From Anaerolineales bacterium UBA4826 (GTDB lineage: Bacteria > Chloroflexota > Anaerolineae > UBA4142): a DNA stretch of 64,000 nucleotides. Location of the stretch: contig DHFK01000087.1 of NCBI GenBank assembly GCA_002400365.1, positions 9,635-73,634 of the forward strand, in the 5' to 3' direction. The notes under the pieces are model-generated. The model ran no database searches. It was not told where the DNA came from and worked only from the letters and a program-made list of their open reading frames with translations. Positions 53,146 through 60,685 of the stretch are shown here, in pieces (positions within the stretch are counted from its first letter, which is position 1; each line of letters starts with the position of its first letter). Made by a program: the position numbers and the translations under genes.

Positions 53146-55940
53146 TCGCTATTCGCCATCGCGTCCCAATTCTGCCCGACCGCGACATCCACCTTCAACT
53201 TTGATTCCAGCGCGTACGCGTTCTCCATGATCTCGCGCACGAGCGGCGCAACAACGCGTACCTCGTCGTCGGGACATTCGAGCACGAGTTCGTCATGCAC
53301 CTGGAGCGTCATCCGACTTTTCAAATTGCGCGCGTGCAGTTCGCGCTGCAACCGAATCATCGCCAGTTTAATAATGTCCGCCGCGCTGCCCTGAATCGGA
53401 TGGTTGATCGCTTCGCGCTCCGCCGCGTTCTTCAGCGCGGGGTTGACGCTGCCCTTGCCGCGCAGTTCGGGAAAATAACGCCGCCGCCCCAGGAGCGTCT
53501 GCACGTAGCCATGCTCGCGCGCCTCGCGCTTGGTGCTTTCGATGTACGCCTTGACCCGCGCGAACTGGGTAAAGTAATTGTCAATCAGTTGCCGCGCCTC
53601 GGCTTGCGACAACTCGGTGCGCGCGGCGACACCGTAATCGGTGATGCCGTAGGCGATGCCAAAGTTGATCGTCTTGCCCAACTGCCGCATGGACGCCGTG
53701 ACCTGCTCACGCGGGACGTTGAACAAGCGCGCGGCGGTCGCCGCGTGAATGTCCTCCCCGCGCGCGAACGCGTCGAGCAAACCCGGGTCGTGCGTGATGT
53801 GCGCGAGGATGCGCAGTTCGACCTGGGAATAATCCGCGCTGATGAGTTTGCTGCCGCGCGGCGCGATGAACGCGCGGCGCACCTGCCGCCCCAGGTCGGT
53901 GCGGATCGGAATGTTCTGCAAATTGGGGTTCGACGATGAGACGCGTCCTGTGATCGCGCCGGTCTGGTTGTAATCGGTGTGCACCCGCCCGGTGCGCGGC
54001 AACACCAGCGCGGGCAGCGCGTCCACATACGTCCCTTTGAGTTTCGACAACTCGCGGTGCTCGAGAATCAACGGGATGATCGGATGCGCGGCGCGCAGTG
54101 ACTCCAACACCTCGGCGGCGGTCGAAATCTGACCGGTTTTCGTCTTGGGTAACCCAGTCGTCGGCAGTTTCAGCCGCTTGTACAGCGCATCGCCCAATTG
54201 CTGCGGCGACGCGATGTTGATCGGCATTCCAACGTGCGTGGTGATTTGCTTTTCCAACTCTTGCAGCCGCGCGGCAAGTTCGTCCGACATCCGCGCCAAA
54301 AAGTCGAGATCGAGCAACACGCCGGCGCGTTCCATCTCCAGCAGCACCGGCACGAGCGGCATCTCGACCTCGTTGAACAATTTGTCGAGTCCGTGTTCCG
54401 CCAGTTGCGGCTGGTAGAGTTCGACGAGGCGATAAGTGTAATCGGCGTCCGCGCACGCGTAACGCGACACTTTTGCAGGATCCACCTCCGCCATCGAAAT
54501 CTGGTTCTTGCCCTTGCCGATCAGCGCCTCGATCTCCGTCATCTCGACGCCGAACTTTTGAAAGACCAAACTCTTCAAGCCGATGGATTGTCTCCCCGGC
54601 TCGATCAAATGCGCGGCGATCATCGAGTCGAACGCAAGTCCGCGCAGTTCGACGCCGGCTTCGGCAAGCACCGTCGCGTCATATTTCGCGTTGTGCGCGT
54701 ACTTGATAATGCGCGCATCTTCGAAGATCGGTTTCAGTTTGGCGAGAACGTGATCGCGCTTAAAAGATGAAGGGTGAAAGATGAAAGATGAAGGTACTGT
54801 ATCAAAGGCAAGTTGCCCTTGTTTCCCAACTTCATCTTTCAACTTTCTGCTTTCATCCTTCACGGGAACATAATACGCCTCGCCATTCCCCACGCCGATC
54901 GCCAACCCCACCAACTCCGCGCGCATCGCGTCGGTGTCGGTGGTCTCGACGTCAACGACAAACGCCTTTGCCGATTGCAGACGCGCGACCAATTGGTCGA
55001 GCGCGGCTTCCGTATCAACCGTGTGATAATTCTCGGCGATGGCTTGCGGCTTGGCGGCAACCGAGTCCGGCGGCGCCGGCTTGACGCCGGGCAGTCGTTC
55101 GATCAAACTGCGAAAGCCGAGTTCACGAAAGAGCGCGACGACGCGTTCGCGGTCGTACTCTTCGACGCGGCACGCGGCGAGATCGAGTTTCACCGGCGCG
55201 TCGGTCACGATCGTGACGAGTTGCTTGCCTTGCTCTGCCTGCGCTTGTCCCGCGCGCAATTTTTCTTGCCAGCGTTTTTCGATTTCCTCGAGGTGCGCGT
55301 AGATGTCTTCGACGCTGCCGTACGTCTGCACGAGTTTCGTCGCGGTCTTTTCGCCGATACCGGGGACGCCGGGGATGTTGTCGGACACATCGCCTTTGAG
55401 CGCCTTGAAATCAATCAGTTGGCGCGGCTCGAGTTGGTAGCGCTGCTTGACCGCCGCTTCGTCGTACACAACGAATCCGCCCCCCGACTGCGGCGAGAAC
55501 ATCAGCACGCGCACGTGCGGCCCGATCAGTTGCAGCGTGTCAGTGTCGCCGGTGACGATGAGCGTTTCGATGCCGCGTTCGCTTGCCTGCCGCGCGAGCG
55601 TGCCGAGCAGATCGTCCGCTTCGTACCCTTCCAGCCCGAACGCCGGAATGCCCAACGTCTCCACGACCTGGCGCGAGCGCTGCAACTGCGTCAACAAATC
55701 ATCGCCGAGTTCAGGGCGCGTGGCTTTGTATTCCGCGTACAGCGCGTCGCGAAAACTCTTGCCCACGTCGAACGCGGCGGCGATGTACTCGGGCTTTTCG
55801 TCGCTCAGGACTTTGAGAACCGTCGAGGTAAAGCCGTACGTCGCGTTGGTCGGTTCGCCGCTCGGGCTGGTGAGGTTGGTTTGGATCGCGTGGTACGCGC
55901 GGTGGATCAGTGCGTGCGAATCAAGGAGAACAAGTTTCAT
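53118..55940 (-). CDS. polA: DNA polymerase I
   Basis: 940 aa. 5-prime nuclease domain, 3-prime-5-prime exo-like domain (DVETT, KYAHNAKYD) and polymerase motifs A (DYSQVELR), B (RRAAKTINFGIAYG-like QLGKTINFGIAYG) and C (QVHDEL). Confidence 0.97.
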   Translation of the reverse strand: MKLVLLDSHALIHRAYHAIQTNLTSPSGEPTNATYGFTSTVLKVLSDEKPEYIAAAFDVGKSFRDALYAEYKATRPELGDDLLTQLQRSRQVVETLGIPAFGLEGYEADDLLGTLARQASERGIETLIVTGDTDTLQLIGPHVRVLMFSPQSGGGFVVYDEAAVKQRYQLEPRQLIDFKALKGDVSDNIPGVPGIGEKTATKLVQTYGSVEDIYAHLEEIEKRWQEKLRAGQAQAEQGKQLVTIVTDAPVKLDLAACRVEEYDRERVVALFRELGFRSLIERLPGVKPAPPDSVAAKPQAIAENYHTVDTEAALDQLVARLQSAKAFVVDVETTDTDAMRAELVGLAIGVGNGEAYYVPVKDESRKLKDEVGKQGQLAFDTVPSSFIFHPSSFKRDHVLAKLKPIFEDARIIKYAHNAKYDATVLAEAGVELRGLAFDSMIAAHLIEPGRQSIGLKSLVFQKFGVEMTEIEALIGKGKNQISMAEVDPAKVSRYACADADYTYRLVELYQPQLAEHGLDKLFNEVEMPLVPVLLEMERAGVLLDLDFLARMSDELAARLQELEKQITTHVGMPINIASPQQLGDALYKRLKLPTTGLPKTKTGQISTAAEVLESLRAAHPIIPLILEHRELSKLKGTYVDALPALVLPRTGRVHTDYNQTGAITGRVSSSNPNLQNIPIRTDLGRQVRRAFIAPRGSKLISADYSQVELRILAHITHDPGLLDAFARGEDIHAATAARLFNVPREQVTASMRQLGKTINFGIAYGITDYGVAARTELSQAEARQLIDNYFTQFARVKAYIESTKREAREHGYVQTLLGRRRYFPELRGKGSVNPALKNAAEREAINHPIQGSAADIIKLAMIRLQRELHARNLKSRMTLQVHDELVLECPDDEVRVVAPLVREIMENAYALESKLKVDVAVGQNWDAMANSEWRIANGEG
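53124..53158. repeat. five tandem TTCGCCA-type heptamers at the polA end and the next gene's start
   Basis: TTCGCCA TTTGCGA TTCGCCA TTCGCTA TTCGCCA. On the minus strand it encodes the polA tail MANSEWRIANGEG and contains the ATG at 53145. Confidence 0.85.
54762..54863. repeat. GAAAGAT-unit hairpin inserted in frame in polA
   Basis: AAAAGATGAAGGGTGAAAGATGAAAGATGAAGG (54762-54794) versus CCAACTTCATCTTTCAACTTTCTGCTTTCATCCTTCAC (54826-54863). 17 of 18 bases pair in the core. On the minus strand it reads VKDESRKLKDEVGKQGQLAFDTVPSSFIFHPSSFK. Confidence 0.88.
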
Positions 55941-55949
55941 AAGTCACTG

Positions 55950-56012
55950 CGCCAATCGCCCAATGAACCAATGAGCCAAACGAGCCATTCGTCAAATTGC
56001 TTTGGCTCATTG
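55950..56012. repeat. CCAATGAG-unit repeat/hairpin upstream of polA
   Basis: CCAATCG CCCAATGAA CCAATGAG CCAAACGAG units. CAATGAGCCAAA (55969-55980) is the perfect complement of TTTGGCTCATTG (56001-56012). Confidence 0.85.
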
Positions 56013-56017
56013 CGCAT

Positions 56018-56404
56018 TTATTTATCCAGTCGTTCGAGGTTGCTGACGCCGCTGGTCTGCAATTCCTGATAGCGCGCGTCGGCGTTCCTGGCGCGCCACT
56101 CGACGACGACACGCCCGTCGCCGTTCTTGTACGCGGCGAGCGCCTTGTGCCTCAAGACGCGCTCAAACGCGTTCAGCAGTTCTTGGCTCGGCGCTTGCAT
56201 TTTGAGACGCAAATAATCCTTCGGCTCCCATTCCATCGTAAAAGCGACGTCGCCCCATTCGCCCCGACATTCAAACGGCGCGGTCTCTTTGACGCAACTG
56301 AACCACATGCGGGTCAAGCCCGCTTTCCAAAATGTCAGCCGCAGAGCGTTCTCAATGGCAGAGCGCGAGGGAGGAAAATCGGCGAAAAACCATTGGGCAC
56401 TCAT
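56018..56404 (-). CDS. hypothetical protein
   Basis: 128-aa ORF with no recognisable motif and plausible codon usage. Confidence 0.45.
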   Translation of the reverse strand: MSAQWFFADFPPSRSAIENALRLTFWKAGLTRMWFSCVKETAPFECRGEWGDVAFTMEWEPKDYLRLKMQAPSQELLNAFERVLRHKALAAYKNGDGRVVVEWRARNADARYQELQTSGVSNLERLDK

Positions 56405-56841
56405 TCTGTCTCTCTCCTTTTGAAAACAAAATAATGGCGCGCAGCCGGCGCTCTAGGTCGCGTTGATTTTAGCACAAGAGCGGCATAAAAACAACCTTGC
56501 GAAAAAATGCCGATCGAGATCGAAGCGAATCGCAGGCTCAGTGGGCGGCCCGATGCGCGTGCCGCGGCGTTGGCAGCCCGCGCGGACGCGTTCGTCAGCA
56601 AGGGCAACCCACCCAAAGGATGGTCGGCAATTTTGCGCGCCGTTTGCGTGGTAGGCGAAAAGCAACTTGCCAATGAGATTGACTTGGGCTATTATGGCGA
56701 GCAAGAGTCTGTGTCGCCCCCCTTGGCGACCCATTGGGTTGTCATTTGCGGACGCGAAACAAAACGGCAAGTGCCCCAAGGAATAGGCAAGCGCCAATGG
56801 ACTCGAGAGGTACTGTGAAACCTACTTGTGAAGGAGGCACC

Positions 56842-57330
56842 ATGTCCAAACAGATTTCACTCGACCGATTCACCCAGCCGTTGTTCGAGTTGCTCGACGA
56901 AACATTCGAGAACGTGCACGGCGCGTACCTCGACAAAGGCAACTCGCTCTTTGAAACGCTCGCGCCGGTGACCGCCGAACAAGCGTCGCGCGCCGCGTCC
57001 AATCAGGTGGCGACGATTGCCGCTCAGGTCAAGCACGTGCGTTTCTATCTGTGCGTGTTGCAGGACTATACTCTGAACAAGGACGTCGGGGGCGTGGACT
57101 GGGGGGAGATCTGGCGCACGACCAGGCAAGTCACGCCCGAAGAATGGGAAATCATCAAGCGCGAACTCAGAGAAGCCTATCAGAGCGTTCTCGCCACGCT
57201 GAAAAACCTGGACGGCTGGGAAGGCGAACACAGTATCGAGGGCGCTATGGGGATCGTCGCGCACACGGCGTATCACCTAGGCGAAATTCGCCAAGCCCTG
57301 GGCGTCATCAACGCGGCTCGACAAGGATGA
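56842..57330 (+). CDS. DinB/YfiT-like (DinB_2) four-helix-bundle metalloprotein
   Basis: The C-terminal HTAYHLGEIRQ motif is typical of the DinB superfamily. AAGGAGG sits 5 nt upstream of the ATG at 56842. The longer ORF-track start is unlikely. Confidence 0.78.
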   Translation: MSKQISLDRFTQPLFELLDETFENVHGAYLDKGNSLFETLAPVTAEQASRAASNQVATIAAQVKHVRFYLCVLQDYTLNKDVGGVDWGEIWRTTRQVTPEEWEIIKRELREAYQSVLATLKNLDGWEGEHSIEGAMGIVAHTAYHLGEIRQALGVINAARQG

Positions 57331-57781
57331 AGCATTTCTCGAAACGAAATCCTCCGATCGCGCCACGCGACCTGCAGATTCAGGCTTGCTCACAGATTGG
57401 CGCAAACCGAACCAGCCATCGAGTTCCCAGACGGCTTTGATTTCGTCAAGCGAAAACAGGGTAAGATCGGGATGACCTGGGACGTGCCGCGCGCTTTGAC
57501 CAAGCCAGCCGCATTGGCAGACAAGCGCATGGCTCGCCGCCACCGCGCGTTTGTCTGCCGCCGAGTCGGAGGGTCTGGTGGAGAAAGATGTTCTGCCCCT
57601 TTTCCTACGCGGCAAGGGGAGGGGTGCGCCCCTTCCCTGGGAGGGAAGGGGGTGGGGGTTAGGTCGGACTGCCAGTCAACTGACTCAAGCCCTCGGTGGA
57701 ATGTCAAGAGCCGCGAGGCAGGGGGCAAGAACAAATAAACCTAACCTGCGCCGAGCAGCAGATAGCACTTGGCCTGCTTGC

Positions 57782-60598
57782 TCATTCGATTTTGTACGCG
57801 CTCGGATCCGGCTTGACCGCGCGCGGCATCCACAGGGGTCGGCGCAGATTGGCCGGACCGGGTGCAGGGCGCGTCAGCGCGAGCCATTCCTTGTAGATTT
57901 CGTGGGCGCGGTTCGTGTCCACAAACACATCCCCATAGCGGTCGCCGGACTGCGCTTTGTCGACGCGCACCTTTTGATGCCAGCAGTGCATTCCGCTGAT
58001 CGGGTCGGGATGGACGGGCATAGTCAGATTTTGATGCACGCCGACCTCGTTCCACCACACGCGCAGAGAATCGGGGTCGTTGCTCGCAAAGGGTTTTGCG
58101 CCTTCGAGTTGCTTCATCGTCCATTTGCCGCCGGCGTGTTCCAGTTTCACCGTCGAAGCAAGCCAGCCCGAACCGCTCTGCTTGTCCAACCTCCAGCGTC
58201 CCATGTGATGCGAACACGCAACCACACGCGGATGAATGCTTTCCGTCACCCACACCTTGTCCACGAAATACCCGATGTCGGTCGTCACGCGCACCAGGTC
58301 GCCGGTCTTGACGCCGAGTTGGCGCGCGTCATCGGTGTGTATCCACACGGGGTTCTTGTGCGAAATCTCTGCCAGCCATTTCGAGTTCGCGCTGCGTGTG
58401 TGAATCTGGGTCGGCAGGCGAAAAGTCGAAAGCAAGACGAATTCATTCTTTGCCCGATCCACATTGTCGCGCCGCACGTGACTGGGAATGTATGCCGGCA
58501 AAGCGTACTCCCCCCATTTCCAATCCTGCATCGTACGCGAATAGATTTCAAGTTTGCGCGAGGGCGTCGGAAAGCCGACGTACTTTTCGCCATCAATTTC
58601 GACGCCGATTGCCGCGCCGCCTTTTTTCACCGCATGGGTCGTCGCATCTACGCTCGTTCCTTCAAGTTCCCTCTCCGTTAGTTTCTTCTCGTGGGTCTGG
58701 TAGACCAGGTCTTTGACGGTGAACGCGCCGTACTTGCGCATGAACTCGAGTGGGGTCAGGTTTTCTTGCTGCGCCGCTTCGGGTAAGCCGGGGACACTGT
58801 TCTCAAAAATCCAGCGATAGTAATCCGTGACCGTCATCTTTTCGCCGGGGCGAAAAGGCGATTCAAAATACTTGCGGATGCCCAGCGACCCATCGGGATC
58901 GATGCGCCACGACAACTCGATCCAGAACTCGTCTTCTTCCCAGACCTGACCTGGGTTGGCTTCGTACGTGTACTTGACCGGCTTGCCGATTTTCTCCAGC
59001 GCCACGCGGCGCACCGGTTGCCGGAACGCGATCCATTGCGCGGCGTGCGTTTCATAACTCACCAGGTCGTGCCGCTCCGGTCCCAGTCCCATCGGCAAGA
59101 CGTAGTCGGCGAACCACGCCGTCTCATTCCACGTGGGCGTGAGCGCGGCGTGCAAGCCGACCAGGTTTTCATCGGACAGCACTTCCATCCATGTCGCACC
59201 ATCGGGATTCGTCCACACCGGATTATAGACCCGCGTGAAATAGACGGCGAGTTTGCCGCGTCCCTCCTTCAAGAAATGCGGCAGGAGAAAACTCATTTCA
59301 AAGTACGCCAGCGGATACTCTTTCGGCATCAAGAGTTCGTTCCACACTTTTTGCGGCGGCGGCTTGAGCGGCGGCGTGGGCACGAATTTGTTGAACCCGT
59401 TGGGCGACGTGCCACCGGGCGTTCCCACCGCGCCGACGAGCACGCTCAAAAATTCCAGGCACCGCGCCACCTGCCAGCCGCCGAGATTCGCGGTCGCGGC
59501 GCTGCGCCACACGTGCGTCGCAAACGCCGACCCGGCGCGTCCGATCTCGCGCGCGATTTCGACAATCGTCTGCGCCGGAATTCCCGATTCCTTCTCCGCA
59601 AATTCCGGCGTGAACGAAGCGTAATTCTTTTTGAGACGCTCGATAAAGTCGTCGAAGGAGTAGTTAGCAATTGGAGATTGGAGATTTGGCTCATTGGGCA
59701 ATTGGCTCATTGGCTCATTGATCATGAACTCTTCCCAATTCGTCCAGCGGCGCACGAAATCGCGATTGAACAAATTCTCGTTCAAGATCACGCGCGCCAT
59801 GGCGAGCAGAACCGCGGCTTCCGAACCGGGCCACGTCGGCAGCCAATAGTCTGCCAGCGAAGCCGTGTTTGACAAGCGCGTGTCCAGCACCGCGATTTTC
59901 GCGCCGCGCATTTTCGCTTCGATAATGCGTTGCGCGTGCGGATTGAAATAGTGCCCCGTTTCGAGGTGCGACGAGATGAGCAGAATAAAGCGCGCGTTCG
60001 CATGATCGGGCGAGGGGCGATCAAAGCCATGCCACAAGGAATAGCCGAGGCGCGCCGCGGAGGAGCAAACGTTCGTGTGCGAATTGTGTCCGTCAATTCC
60101 CCACGCTTGCAAAACGCGATCCATGTAACCATCGTGCCCGGGACGACCGACGTGATACATGATTTCGTTGCGCCGTCCTTCCGTCAGCGCTTTGCGAATC
60201 CGTCCGCCAATATCGTCGAGCACTTGGGCCCAGGTCACACGTTCCCATTTGCCTTCGCCGCGTTTTCCGGCGCGTTTAAGCGGAAACAAAATCCGTTCGG
60301 GATCAGTCACCTGGCTGTACGTCGCCGGACCTTTCGCGCAGTTGCGTCCGCGCGAGCCGGGATGTTCGGGGTTGCCTTCGAACTTGCGCACCTGGAGCGT
60401 CTTTTTGTCAATGTACGCAAGCAAGCCACAACCGGCTTCGCAGTTAAAGCAGACGGTCGGCACGAGCATGTAATGCTTCTCGACGCGGCGGGGCCAAGCG
60501 GTGGGCTCGTACTCCATCCAATCGTCCCACTGCTCAACCGGCGGATACGCGGCGAGTTCTGGTTTCGTCGTCACAAAATCAAGCGCAACACGCGTCAT
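57782..60598 (-). CDS. molybdopterin (bis-MGD) oxidoreductase catalytic subunit, no Tat signal
   Basis: 938 aa. N-terminal 4Fe-4S motif CFNCEAGCG...C(AKG). Candidate Mo-ligand Cys in HTNVCSSAARLG. Typical MopB domain order. No RR-x-F-L-K motif in the first 40 aa. Confidence 0.9.
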   Translation of the reverse strand: MTRVALDFVTTKPELAAYPPVEQWDDWMEYEPTAWPRRVEKHYMLVPTVCFNCEAGCGLLAYIDKKTLQVRKFEGNPEHPGSRGRNCAKGPATYSQVTDPERILFPLKRAGKRGEGKWERVTWAQVLDDIGGRIRKALTEGRRNEIMYHVGRPGHDGYMDRVLQAWGIDGHNSHTNVCSSAARLGYSLWHGFDRPSPDHANARFILLISSHLETGHYFNPHAQRIIEAKMRGAKIAVLDTRLSNTASLADYWLPTWPGSEAAVLLAMARVILNENLFNRDFVRRWTNWEEFMINEPMSQLPNEPNLQSPIANYSFDDFIERLKKNYASFTPEFAEKESGIPAQTIVEIAREIGRAGSAFATHVWRSAATANLGGWQVARCLEFLSVLVGAVGTPGGTSPNGFNKFVPTPPLKPPPQKVWNELLMPKEYPLAYFEMSFLLPHFLKEGRGKLAVYFTRVYNPVWTNPDGATWMEVLSDENLVGLHAALTPTWNETAWFADYVLPMGLGPERHDLVSYETHAAQWIAFRQPVRRVALEKIGKPVKYTYEANPGQVWEEDEFWIELSWRIDPDGSLGIRKYFESPFRPGEKMTVTDYYRWIFENSVPGLPEAAQQENLTPLEFMRKYGAFTVKDLVYQTHEKKLTERELEGTSVDATTHAVKKGGAAIGVEIDGEKYVGFPTPSRKLEIYSRTMQDWKWGEYALPAYIPSHVRRDNVDRAKNEFVLLSTFRLPTQIHTRSANSKWLAEISHKNPVWIHTDDARQLGVKTGDLVRVTTDIGYFVDKVWVTESIHPRVVACSHHMGRWRLDKQSGSGWLASTVKLEHAGGKWTMKQLEGAKPFASNDPDSLRVWWNEVGVHQNLTMPVHPDPISGMHCWHQKVRVDKAQSGDRYGDVFVDTNRAHEIYKEWLALTRPAPGPANLRRPLWMPRAVKPDPSAYKIE
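59669..59720. repeat. ATTGGAG / ATTGGCTC simple-repeat patch inside the Mo-enzyme CDS
   Basis: AATTGGAGATTGGAGATTTGGCTCATTGGGCAATTGGCTCATTGGCTCATTG. It combines units found at 2439-2494 and 55950-56012. On the minus strand it reads INEPMSQLPNEPNLQSPIAN. Confidence 0.8.
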
Positions 60599-60685
60599 AA
60601 TTCACTCCCAGGAAAACAACTGAACCGCGAAGAAAACATAGAAAACCCTTGCGGTCTTCGTCTTGGCGGTGAGACTTGGCTTTAC

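Noticed and set aside
56507-56818. 103-aa ORF in the gap upstream of the DinB-like gene as a real gene
   Set aside because: It has no SD and no recognisable motif. Its coding-like codon bias fades in the second half, and it overlaps the promoter-like site. I kept it only as a note in a finding.
57782-60598. Possible selenocysteine in the molybdoenzyme, given the Sec-type selD nearby
   Set aside because: The 938-aa frame has no in-frame TGA. The position expected for the Mo ligand carries Cys (HTNVCSS).
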